Positions 52,101-61,462 of a stretch of 64,000 nt of DNA are shown in pieces. The DNA comes from a virus. Under the pieces are notes generated by a model. The model was not told the DNA's origin. It searched no databases and saw only the letters and a program-made list of their open reading frames with translations. The DNA is taken from positions 119,759 to 183,758 of the IMG/VR virus record IMGVR_UViG_3300021962_000025; one strand, 5' to 3'. The stretch's first letter is position 1; the number at the start of each line of letters is the position of its first letter. The position numbers and the translations under genes are program-made.

Positions 52101-55100
52101 TGTTGTGGATACTAATAATTACACTACAGGGGTAACTTTTAATACTGCTGATGGTGTCCTTACATTCACAAGAAATGGTTCTGAAACATACACCGTTGAT
52201 TTAGATGGTAGATATTCTTTAACATCACACACACATGATGATAGATACTATACCGAAACCGAGATTGAAAGGTTCTTAGATGGAACAACACCAATAAATG
52301 GTTACAATAAGGATAATTGGGATGCCGCATATGGGTGGGGAGATCACTCCACCTTTGGGTATCTAACTTCATATGTGAACAATTTCACCACAGGGGCAAC
52401 CTTTAATACAACGAGTGGTGTTATTACTTTCACACGTAATAATGGTGACACATTTACTGTTGATATCGACGGTAAGTACTCTGAATTAGGTCACAACCAC
52501 GATGACCGTTACTATACTGAGAGTGAATCAGATTCCCGTTTTGTAAATAGTGCGGGAGACACCATGACAGGTGATTTAGTACTTAGGAATGATACTGCGG
52601 GAGACAATACCATTATTAGAGACATTACGTGGAATAGTACCGCGGCAGAGGGTACTGATGACAGACTAGCAGTAATTAGAGTATACACTTCGGCGGGATC
52701 GACAACCACTAGAGGTGGTCAACTCAATTTCTATACAAGACAATCAAATAGTCCAAACTTTAACACCATGATCTTTGATAGATCAGGTAACCTATATGTA
52801 CCAACTAACGTTTACTCAAACAGTCAACAGTTAGCAACACAAACGTGGGTAACAGGTCAAAACTATTTAACCGCACACCCATCAGTAAGTGCGGCATCTT
52901 CATCTAATAATAGTGGTAGGACATACATTCAAGATATTTTACTTGATTCATTTGGTCATATAACAGGTATAACAACCGCAACTGAGACAGTAGTTAATAC
53001 TGATACTAATTACTATACCACGGGGACAACATGGAATGGAACTACCGCAACATTAACTTTCACAAGAAATGATGGTGGAACATATAACGTTCAAATGTTG
53101 GAGACTCTCTCAGATGTTACCGTTACGGGTGGTACTTACAATAGTGGAACTCAAACATTACGATTGGTTAAATCTGATGGTTCTACCGTTGATGTTAGTG
53201 GGTTCGCCGTAGACACCGATGTTAACTGGTATACCACAGGTGCCACATTTAACACTAGTAATGGAATTATTACCGGTACAAGAAATGACGGTGGCACATG
53301 GACAGTAGACATTGACGGAAAATATTTAAATCTCAGTGGAGGTACTTTATATAACCAAACGAACACCACAGGAACAAGCGGAACATCGTTCTTAACCATA
53401 CACAATAATGTAGGTGGTGATTTGAGTCAACAACAGTCTTTTATAGACTTTATGTTTACCGACAGTAATGCAAACTTTTTTCCACAAGTAAGAATTGGGG
53501 CACAGGTTGGTAGAGATGCCGATGCTGATGCTATTTCTAAAGAAGGTGCGGGTGCTTTTGTGGTATACACAGGTAACGGTACAGATGAAATTGGTGGAGG
53601 TGCCTTAACTGAAGCAATGAGAGTTAGCTACAATGGTAGTATGACTGTTCAAAATACGATTACTGCAACGGGAGGTAACTCTACTCAGTGGAATGCGGCC
53701 TATGGTTGGGGAGATCATGGAACAAGAGGTTATCTAACCGCACACCCATCGGTAAGTGCTGCAAGTTCTTCTAACAATAGTGGTCGTACATACATCCAAG
53801 ATATTCTCTTAGATTCTTTTGGTCATATCACTGGTATCACCACAGGAACAGAGACTGTGGTTAACACAGACACTAACTACTATGTAACGGGGGCAACATT
53901 CAATACGGGTGATGGTGTTATCACTTTCACAAGAAACGATGGTAGTACTGTGACAGTGGATATCGATGGAAGATTTACTGATAACGATTATGCGGATGCA
54001 ATGAACCAACATGTTAGAACTAGTGATTCACCCACATTCGTATCTACCACTTTAACGAGTACATTAACGGCACCAACAATACAAATTGGTAATGCAAGTT
54101 TCAGTAGAAGTGGAGATCAAAACCACGTACATTTTGTTGGAACTGCACTCATACCAAACACAACGACTACATCATCGAATTCGTCGATGGGTAATTCGTC
54201 ATATAGATGGTCTACAGTTTATGGTGGTTATGGTAACTTTAGTAACAGTGTAACCGCAAACGCATTCGCTAAGATTGGTGGTACCTCATCACAATTCTTA
54301 ATGGCCGATGGTTCGGTATCTACTAACCCGGGTTGGTTGACTTCTCACCCATCAGTATCCGCGGCGAGTAGCTCAAACAATAGTGGTCGTACATACATCC
54401 AAGATATTCTCTTAGATTCATTTGGTCATATTACAGGTATCACTACAGCAACAGAGACTGTGGTTAATACCGATCAATACACTACAGGCGCTACATGGAA
54501 TGGTACCACCGCGACTTTAACATTCACAAGAAACAATGGAGGTACTTACAACGTCCAGATGTTGGAAACCTTAAGTGACGTAACAGTAACGGGGGGTACC
54601 TATAACAGTGGAACACAAACTCTTAGATTAACCAAGTCCGATGGATCTACCGTTGACGTTAGTGGATTTGCAGTTGACACTGATGTTAACTGGTATACAA
54701 CGGGAGCTACCTTTAACACATCAAACGGTATTATTACCGGCACAAGAAACGATGGCGGTACATGGACAGTTGATTTAGACGGTAGATATCTAACCTCCTA
54801 CACTGAAACCGATACTTTGGATTCGGTTACTACGAGAGGAAACTCGACCACAAATGACGTTACCGTAGGTGATTTCTTTGCGGTTCACCAATCGGCAGAT
54901 AACGCAACAACTAAGGCGGAAATGTTGAGTATGGCAGTTGCGAAGTTTAAACCAAACTCATTGAATTCAGGAACCTTGGCAGTTGCTCAGGTTGATAGCG
55001 GTAATTCTGTTGGTTTACAATTTACAAATGGTGCAGGTACTGCGGATTGGGATATGGCACTACAACCATTTGGTGGTAATGTCGGTATTAATAAAATTAA

Positions 55101-58100
55101 TCCGAGTGGTGCCCTTCACGTATATAGTGGTACATCAGAAAGATTCTTAATTAGTGGTGATGTACACGTCCAAGGTACAACAGACCTTAACATTAATGGT
55201 GATAGTAGAAGATTTTCATTCACCAGTGGTACGGGTACTATAAGAACAACCACCGCGAATGCACTTTACTTACAAACCAACTCAACCACCGCAATCACAA
55301 TAGACAGTAGTCAAAATGTGTCTATCACAGGAACCCTATCAGCGTCGGGTTATAATAAAACGAATTGGGATACCGCATATACCTACTCAACAGTAGGTCA
55401 CCTACCACTTGCGGGAGGTACTCTTACCGGTGATTTAACTACAAGTGGTAATATTAAAGGAGCTAACCTTCAAATAACCTCTACAACACCAACTATATAC
55501 TTTAATGGTACTTCAGACGGTGGTGATTATGCAAGTTCAGATATGGCTATTAAGGCCACACCTGAAGGTCTAGACTTTTATGAACCCGAGGATGGAAATA
55601 AAATTCATTTCCAAATTCTTGATGACATAGGTGTAAATGCTGCATTTGGTCTACAAGTTGGTGGAACAAGTGTAATTAGTTCGAGTAGAGTTTTACAGAA
55701 TGTTAGTGGTAACATCTCTATGTTCAGTAACGATAGTGGTTATCTAACAACATATACTGATACTAACTATTACACAACAGGTGCGACCTTCAACACGTCA
55801 AATGGTATTATTACCGGTACAAGAAACGATGGAGGTACGTGGACTGTAGATATTGACGGTAGATATGCATACACATCTCATACTCACGATGACAGATATT
55901 TTACTGAAACTGAGTCAGATGCTAGATACCCACTATCAAGAGGATCTATCGGAACCTCATCAACTCCGGGTGATGCGACAGGATTCGGTAACAACCTTGC
56001 TGCGGGTACATACACAAGAAATTATACAGGACACTCGGGACAAATGATAATGTCCCACGATACGGGTGGTAGTGTAGGTAATGTTGGTATTGAGGTAACA
56101 TACTCAGGAGATATGTGGGTTCACACCAACATTGACAGTAGCTCGTGGGGTACAAAAACTATTTGGACATCGAGAAACTTCACATCGTCTGATATATCAA
56201 ATTGGAACACGGCATATGGTTGGGGTAACCACGCATCTGCTGGTTATGTAACTCACGATTATTATACCACAGGAACAACATTTAATAGTAGTACAGGTAT
56301 CCTCACATTTACAAGAAATGATGGTGGAACATATACCGCTAACTTATTATCTACGTTATCTGACGTAACAGTAACGGGAGGTACATACAACAGTGGGACA
56401 CAAACTCTTAGATTAACTAAGTCTGATGGATCTACGGTAGATGTAAGTGGATTTGCGGTTGACACTGATGTTAACTGGTATACAACAAGTGCATCATTTA
56501 ATGCAACTAATGGTATTATTACCGGTACAAGAAATGACGGAGGGACGTGGACCGCTGACTTAGGTAATGTGGTTTATGGTAATGCAAAAGGTACCAACGA
56601 TTCTGTTACTACGGATAATGATGGTTTAGATAAGACAGGTTACTATACTTCGGGTGGGTTCACTACTCGACCTAGTGGTGTGGCAAACTGGATGTACATC
56701 GAACACATTAAATTATATAATAGTAACACAGCATACCAAAAACAAATTGGTTACGACACATACGACAACCGTATGTGGGTCAGAACTAAAAATAACGGCA
56801 CTTGGAGTGGTTGGAAACAAATATGGACATCAGATGTATTTTCTAACAACTCCTCAAATTGGGATGCCGCATATACTTACTCAACAGTAGGTCACCTACC
56901 ACTTGCGGGTGGAACTATTACAGGTGATTTAATTGCTAATAGTAAAATTAGAAGTTACGATAGTAATCAAGGATTCGTGGCAAGATACGCCGCAGGTAAC
57001 GATAACTACGCTGCTTCACTATACTGGAACACTCTCCAGTTAGGTAATAACGGACAAAACGTAATATACGTTGGTAAGACTGCTGCAAATGGTTACTTAG
57101 ATATTTACACCAACGTAACCGGTGATAGAAGTATTACGGGAGCAAATCTTGCAGCCCGCTTCCATGCTAACGGTAGAGTATCGATCGGTACTACAACAGA
57201 TTCAGGATATGGACTAACAGTTGCGGGTGGATTAAATGTAACATCAGACTGGGTAAGAGTATCAGGCAACCAAGGATTATACTTCGAGACCTATGGAGGT
57301 GGCTTCCATATGTTAGACACCTCTTGGGTTAGAATATGGAACGATAAGAACTTATATACAGCTGGTACTATTCAGGCTTCGAGATTTGAAGATGCTAACG
57401 ATAGTGCATACTTCTTAAACCCTAATGGTACGTCCACCCTCCACTCATCATACATAGGTAGAGTTCTTATGGATTGGGATGGTACGGACTCGTGGTTTAG
57501 AATGCAGTCTGGAAATAGAATGCGTATTACAACTACCGGAGGAACAGATTTCATTATTCCGAATACCGGTGATATGACCTATAACGGTAATACCGTATGG
57601 CACTCAGGTAATGATGGAGCAGGAAGCGGATTAGATGCTGACAACCTAGATGGAAGCACTTGGGAATCTACAAACAAAAAGGTTAGATGGGATTCTAGTT
57701 ATGGATACCACGGAAACCCAAGAAGTATGGCTATTGGCTTCTCAGGTGGTAACTATGGTCAGTTTGGATATGGTTTAGATTTCACCTCAACAAGTGGAGT
57801 TCATACTTACGCGATTAATGATATCGTTACTCGTGTTGATATGTTTGGTGGACTTATTGTTTATGGTGCTGCGGGCGGTACCGTTGGTACAAACATTACA
57901 TGGACAGAAACATTTAGGGCCAGATATAATGAATCGGCACCAACCTTTAAGGGTAATACTATTTGGCACGCGGGGAACGATGGTTCTGGTTCAGGATTAG
58001 ATGCTGATACCCTTGATGGTAATCACGCTTCTGCATTTGCCCCAGCATCACACACACACTCATACTTACCATTAAGTGGTGGGTCGTTAACAGGTAATTT

Positions 58101-60126
58101 CCAAGTTAACTCAGGTGGAAGTTACCCCATCCAAGGATCATCCACACAGAAATATATATACCAAGCAAGGAACACTAGTAACACCGCAAATAGTTCTTAC
58201 GGTTGGTGGTGGTACCATGCGAATAATGGGGATATGGGATTCCATGCCGATGGTGTTGCGGACATTTTTAACCTTACTCGTACAGGGGTGGCGACCATAA
58301 GTGGTAACGTTATGTGGCACGCGGGTAATGACGGAGCATCTTCAGGCTTGGATGCGGATTTACTTGATGGACAACATGGATCTTACTACCAAGCGGCGTC
58401 TACGGCGATTAATACGGGTAATATCGGATCTCAGTCGGTAGCATTCGCGTCAGAAGCACAATTGATTAACTTCCCCGATGGACCAAGAAACTTAACTGAT
58501 AGAAACCCTAATTGGAACAATAGATCGGTTTCGTGGGATTTTGTTACCGCAGCAACTGTGGGTGGGGCAGGAAACTACGCGGGTGTTATGACCTTCTCTC
58601 CATGGGATGGAACATCATCATCAACAGGTGATTCGTCTTACCAATTGGCCTTCTATAATGTATCGGGGGTAAATGCGAGTGGTATACCGGGAATGAGATT
58701 AAGAAACGGTATTGATACAACATGGAAGACATGGTATACTGTATGGCACTCAGGTAATGACGGATCGGGATCTGGTTTAGATGCGGATACTGTAGACGGA
58801 ATCCAAGGTTCAAGTATTATTACAACATCCAACATTGCATCACAATCTGTGAGTTATGCGAATTCCGCAGGAAATGCGGATACTGTAGATAATCTACACG
58901 CAACTTCATTTATGAGAACAGATGCTCAGTCAACGACCTCAGGACACCTAATAATAGAATCCAACTGGTCTAATGGTAGTACATACTCAGATCAACTTAC
59001 AATCAAGGGAACCTACCCCTCAATGTCATTTAGAAGTACCAATGCGGATTCTAACGTAGGGGGTACATGGTTAATTCACATGGATTCATCAGGAGATCTA
59101 CAATATTACTCCTCAACTGATGGTCCAACCGAAAACTGGACTAAGAGAATGTCGTTATTCCAAAACGGTACCTTACAACTTAACGGAAGTACGGTATGGC
59201 ATACGGGTAACGATGGATCAGGATCTGGTTTAGATGCGGACTTATTAGACGGCCAACAAGGATCTTACTACACCAACGCGGCTAACCTTACAGGTACCAT
59301 TGGTGATGTATTTACACCCGGTACACGTTACAATATCGGGTTAATCGACGGTAACGGATCACAAACAAGAGATAAGATCAGAGTTTGGGATGGTTCAGAG
59401 TACACCATTGGTATGAAGAGTGGGTATACTTACGGGTGGTTAGGTAAGGGTACTGACGGATATGCGATGTCCTTCCAAATGTCCAATACTCAAGGTAGAG
59501 GTTTCTGGTGGGGTGACACTGGTCATAATGATTCACAAGGTGCCATGTCATTAACCACCGATGGTAAGGCCACTATCGCAACATCATTAACGGTTGGTGA
59601 GGGTGAGTCAATTACGGCACCTTCTTCCACAACATTGTATGTGAAAGGAAATACTGCGGGGTCGAGAGTCTTCGAGGTGTACGGTACACAAGGTCAACTA
59701 TTCTCAGTTACCGACGATTTAACTGGAAGTATATTTAGTGCTTCTGATATCTCAGGTATCCCAATTTTAGATGTGGATGCATCAGGTGTTGTGACCGTCG
59801 ACGATACTTTAAATGTTTATGGTGATGTTACCGCATACTATTCTTCAGATGAAAGACTTAAAGATAATATCACACCAATAACGAATGCTATTGACAAAAT
59901 AAAACTAATTGGTGGTTATGAGTTTGATTGGAATAGTAATTCTAAACATGAGGGTCATGATGTGGGTGTTATCGCACAAGAAATTGAGAAGGTCTTACCT
60001 GAGGTTGTTACAACCAGAAGTAATGGATATAAGGCGGTTAAGTATGAAAAATTAACTGCATTATTAATTCAGGCTAATAAAGAACTAATCAAGAAAATCG
60101 AAGATCTTGAGAGTAAAATTAAATAA
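49105..60126 (+). CDS. giant tail fibre with C-terminal peptidase S74 intramolecular chaperone, 3673 aa
   Basis: N-terminal VKLRRS...GEL; coiled-coil RLSSLE repeats; repeated fibre modules; SDERLKDNI...GVIAQE...V.Y chaperone motif. Confidence 0.93.
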   Translation: MGQTVKLRRSAVAGKKPINSQLELGELSLNTTDGKLFFAKSGSQGPTVEEIITTNAQNTGSLEIIGSITGSNFTGSFVGDASGLYNIPVSGVTGLSLDKIENGLGTASIDSDGLQVNVRTSITGSLTATEFTGSGLGLTNVPVNISGSSDLGTIYNRQYTKFHFDEASGIKVEGDSTTGVAKIYLSGVAAEGSQTEGRTALLEVTSASSTWTLTHNLGERYPAITVFDSDGNVIIPQNIEAVTANQLIVSFASPQTGTVSATVGGGLPTISGSYGGRVLTVNSDGTRAEWKEGILSSSISFNTYTSSIDGVISSIENTTSSFDGRLDLLELESGSIRTIFNSYTASNTLVNSRQDDRLNAIEIFTGSIDNTYATDADVTALRGTLNSYTSSNNVTNSTQNGRLSSLESESGSIRSTFNSYTSSNNSTNNTQNSRLSSLETKSGSLEGRVGSLETISSSHDGRLDSLETTSGSHNSRINTLESFKTSVDGGLEFTGSNVTIKGNLLVKGTETRVNSTTVDLSDNIISLNGSAASNGGIEVRDNTSPGLLSGSLLWDGTNNYWVGGTKGNEERLLLDSDLTLLDGRLDSIESKTGSFLTSANLSTLEGKVSSLEVESGSIRSTLNSYTTSNDNLNSTQNGRLSSLETESGSIRSTFNTYTSSNNNTNTTQNSRLTLLETSTGSLNLFTGSINTTIKSKINSDNVHSGSYLGTSTTSNLPEGSNLYYTDNRVKGKLNSERVISGSIQVDITSTTNYNLVDGRLDSIESFTASLDNTYATDADVTGLRNDLNSYTSSTDNRIDSIESKTGSFLTTETQTLQDVTDLGSTTSNSITAAGLNTTTTISVSGTNVVDSNRRIYGTGTASNTTPAFTFAGDTDTGLSRIGTDSVGLIAGASRKFYVSGTNAFFQNLTGGLQLSDVPLTVNSDATITGSTLAGSFRKIGGVSTEFLKADGSVDTNTYLTSHPVVSAATSSNNGGRTYIQDILLDQFGHITGITTGTETVVDTNNYTTGVTFNTADGVLTFTRNGSETYTVDLDGRYSLTSHTHDDRYYTETEIERFLDGTTPINGYNKDNWDAAYGWGDHSTFGYLTSYVNNFTTGATFNTTSGVITFTRNNGDTFTVDIDGKYSELGHNHDDRYYTESESDSRFVNSAGDTMTGDLVLRNDTAGDNTIIRDITWNSTAAEGTDDRLAVIRVYTSAGSTTTRGGQLNFYTRQSNSPNFNTMIFDRSGNLYVPTNVYSNSQQLATQTWVTGQNYLTAHPSVSAASSSNNSGRTYIQDILLDSFGHITGITTATETVVNTDTNYYTTGTTWNGTTATLTFTRNDGGTYNVQMLETLSDVTVTGGTYNSGTQTLRLVKSDGSTVDVSGFAVDTDVNWYTTGATFNTSNGIITGTRNDGGTWTVDIDGKYLNLSGGTLYNQTNTTGTSGTSFLTIHNNVGGDLSQQQSFIDFMFTDSNANFFPQVRIGAQVGRDADADAISKEGAGAFVVYTGNGTDEIGGGALTEAMRVSYNGSMTVQNTITATGGNSTQWNAAYGWGDHGTRGYLTAHPSVSAASSSNNSGRTYIQDILLDSFGHITGITTGTETVVNTDTNYYVTGATFNTGDGVITFTRNDGSTVTVDIDGRFTDNDYADAMNQHVRTSDSPTFVSTTLTSTLTAPTIQIGNASFSRSGDQNHVHFVGTALIPNTTTTSSNSSMGNSSYRWSTVYGGYGNFSNSVTANAFAKIGGTSSQFLMADGSVSTNPGWLTSHPSVSAASSSNNSGRTYIQDILLDSFGHITGITTATETVVNTDQYTTGATWNGTTATLTFTRNNGGTYNVQMLETLSDVTVTGGTYNSGTQTLRLTKSDGSTVDVSGFAVDTDVNWYTTGATFNTSNGIITGTRNDGGTWTVDLDGRYLTSYTETDTLDSVTTRGNSTTNDVTVGDFFAVHQSADNATTKAEMLSMAVAKFKPNSLNSGTLAVAQVDSGNSVGLQFTNGAGTADWDMALQPFGGNVGINKINPSGALHVYSGTSERFLISGDVHVQGTTDLNINGDSRRFSFTSGTGTIRTTTANALYLQTNSTTAITIDSSQNVSITGTLSASGYNKTNWDTAYTYSTVGHLPLAGGTLTGDLTTSGNIKGANLQITSTTPTIYFNGTSDGGDYASSDMAIKATPEGLDFYEPEDGNKIHFQILDDIGVNAAFGLQVGGTSVISSSRVLQNVSGNISMFSNDSGYLTTYTDTNYYTTGATFNTSNGIITGTRNDGGTWTVDIDGRYAYTSHTHDDRYFTETESDARYPLSRGSIGTSSTPGDATGFGNNLAAGTYTRNYTGHSGQMIMSHDTGGSVGNVGIEVTYSGDMWVHTNIDSSSWGTKTIWTSRNFTSSDISNWNTAYGWGNHASAGYVTHDYYTTGTTFNSSTGILTFTRNDGGTYTANLLSTLSDVTVTGGTYNSGTQTLRLTKSDGSTVDVSGFAVDTDVNWYTTSASFNATNGIITGTRNDGGTWTADLGNVVYGNAKGTNDSVTTDNDGLDKTGYYTSGGFTTRPSGVANWMYIEHIKLYNSNTAYQKQIGYDTYDNRMWVRTKNNGTWSGWKQIWTSDVFSNNSSNWDAAYTYSTVGHLPLAGGTITGDLIANSKIRSYDSNQGFVARYAAGNDNYAASLYWNTLQLGNNGQNVIYVGKTAANGYLDIYTNVTGDRSITGANLAARFHANGRVSIGTTTDSGYGLTVAGGLNVTSDWVRVSGNQGLYFETYGGGFHMLDTSWVRIWNDKNLYTAGTIQASRFEDANDSAYFLNPNGTSTLHSSYIGRVLMDWDGTDSWFRMQSGNRMRITTTGGTDFIIPNTGDMTYNGNTVWHSGNDGAGSGLDADNLDGSTWESTNKKVRWDSSYGYHGNPRSMAIGFSGGNYGQFGYGLDFTSTSGVHTYAINDIVTRVDMFGGLIVYGAAGGTVGTNITWTETFRARYNESAPTFKGNTIWHAGNDGSGSGLDADTLDGNHASAFAPASHTHSYLPLSGGSLTGNFQVNSGGSYPIQGSSTQKYIYQARNTSNTANSSYGWWWYHANNGDMGFHADGVADIFNLTRTGVATISGNVMWHAGNDGASSGLDADLLDGQHGSYYQAASTAINTGNIGSQSVAFASEAQLINFPDGPRNLTDRNPNWNNRSVSWDFVTAATVGGAGNYAGVMTFSPWDGTSSSTGDSSYQLAFYNVSGVNASGIPGMRLRNGIDTTWKTWYTVWHSGNDGSGSGLDADTVDGIQGSSIITTSNIASQSVSYANSAGNADTVDNLHATSFMRTDAQSTTSGHLIIESNWSNGSTYSDQLTIKGTYPSMSFRSTNADSNVGGTWLIHMDSSGDLQYYSSTDGPTENWTKRMSLFQNGTLQLNGSTVWHTGNDGSGSGLDADLLDGQQGSYYTNAANLTGTIGDVFTPGTRYNIGLIDGNGSQTRDKIRVWDGSEYTIGMKSGYTYGWLGKGTDGYAMSFQMSNTQGRGFWWGDTGHNDSQGAMSLTTDGKATIATSLTVGEGESITAPSSTTLYVKGNTAGSRVFEVYGTQGQLFSVTDDLTGSIFSASDISGIPILDVDASGVVTVDDTLNVYGDVTAYYSSDERLKDNITPITNAIDKIKLIGGYEFDWNSNSKHEGHDVGVIAQEIEKVLPEVVTTRSNGYKAVKYEKLTALLIQANKELIKKIEDLESKIK

Positions 60127-60128
60127 AC

Positions 60129-60356
60129 GTGGGTACAATACCGGCAACAGGGACTGAAGTCTCTATGGGAAGAATTTCGAGAGCCTTCGGATTGACGGGG
60201 GCTTACCCCCCTCCTGCCGGTTCTAATATTAAGTTGAACGGTACATTGGGAATAAATCGTGGACTTTCCGCAAGTAATGTAGGTAACATTCCATCGGGTT
60301 CCGCCACTGAAGAATCCTCGGATTTTGGTGGTTTAGATACTCCGAACACTTATTAA
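60129..60356 (+). CDS. small fibre-associated protein, 75 aa
   Basis: GTG start 2 nt after the fibre stop; IPATGTEVSMGRI resembles N-termini often seen downstream of S74 fibres. Confidence 0.5.
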   Translation: MGTIPATGTEVSMGRISRAFGLTGAYPPPAGSNIKLNGTLGINRGLSASNVGNIPSGSATEESSDFGGLDTPNTY

Positions 60357-60383
60357 ACTTTACTATCTACTTTTAATTAGAAA

Positions 60384-60391
60384 TATTTATA
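60384..60391 (+). promoter_or_regulatory. putative late promoter element TATTTATA
   Basis: Context TTTTAATTAGAAATATTTATA nearly matches 17699-17720. Confidence 0.55.
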
Positions 60392-60404
60392 AAAAAACAA
60401 AATA

Positions 60405-61121
60405 ATGGGATTTCACAGAGGACCAACAATTATTAGAGACGGATTAATTCTGGCGTTAGATGCGGGAACTCCTCGATCATACCCCGGGTCAGGAAACATA
60501 TGGTATGACATATCGGGTAATGGTCATCATGCGACACTATACAATGGTGTCACTTATGGTGAAACTGCGGGAGTGCCATCTCTTATTTGTGATGGAACAA
60601 ACGATTGGATAGGTAATACTACATTAACGGGAGGACACAAAGACTTTACTCTTGAATTGATGTTTTATCATAATGGTACCGATCAAGGTGGTTCATATGG
60701 TATCATTTCAATGGGGTCTAATGGTAGTTATGGTCCAATGATGTATTGTCACACATCCTGTATGGGGTCACACTACTTTCCGGGGAGTCCAAGTGGAGAT
60801 TATCCGGGAGGTATATCATCATGGTCAAATGCTGTGTGGAATGTCCATTCATGGGTTTTTCGAAATACAACAGTTAATGATGTGGTGGGTAGTCTAAGAA
60901 CATACGTCAATGGTAACTTTTCAGCCACTCGAACTGATTGGAATTTTCATAATGGAGGTATGGGGAGAGGATCCAATGGGTATGGTTTAAGTACATACTC
61001 CGGTGGTAGTAACCCCTATAAAGGATCATTCGCCCAATTTAGGGTTTATAATCGAGCCTTGAGTGACGATGAAATACTAGATAATTATAACGCCTCTAAA
61101 GGGAGGTATGGATTTTCTTAA
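60405..61121 (+). CDS. LamG/concanavalin A-like lectin domain protein
   Basis: GLILALDAG..SYPGSG..W.D.SGN; CDGTND; RVYNRALS. Confidence 0.85.
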   Translation: MGFHRGPTIIRDGLILALDAGTPRSYPGSGNIWYDISGNGHHATLYNGVTYGETAGVPSLICDGTNDWIGNTTLTGGHKDFTLELMFYHNGTDQGGSYGIISMGSNGSYGPMMYCHTSCMGSHYFPGSPSGDYPGGISSWSNAVWNVHSWVFRNTTVNDVVGSLRTYVNGNFSATRTDWNFHNGGMGRGSNGYGLSTYSGGSNPYKGSFAQFRVYNRALSDDEILDNYNASKGRYGFS

Positions 61122-61461
61122 TAATATGGATATGTTTGAAAATAGAAGATGGTTAGTGATACCAACATCAATGGTAGAGACAATAAATTTTAATGAGATT
61201 TTAGAATCTTCATCTGAATCTTTAAGGTATTCTATAGATGGAAGTAAAACATTTGTAAAGTACGTGGTTAATGTAGTTTCTTCACCATACACTGAAGAGA
61301 TTTTAAATGCCGAAACAAACATTGTTGAAACAAGGACAATTGATGTGGGTGTATATGGAAGACCAAGTTTCTACTCTGAAGAATTGGAGGAATACACCTA
61401 TTCAGAGATAATAGAACTATTGAGTGGTCCTGATTGGACCATGCCCTTAAATAAAGATTAA
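61108..61461 (+). CDS. hypothetical protein between LamG genes (start may be 61126 or 61132)
   Basis: ORF bridging two LamG genes. Confidence 0.65.
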   Translation: MDFLNNMDMFENRRWLVIPTSMVETINFNEILESSSESLRYSIDGSKTFVKYVVNVVSSPYTEEILNAETNIVETRTIDVGVYGRPSFYSEELEEYTYSEIIELLSGPDWTMPLNKD

Positions 61462-61462
61462 A

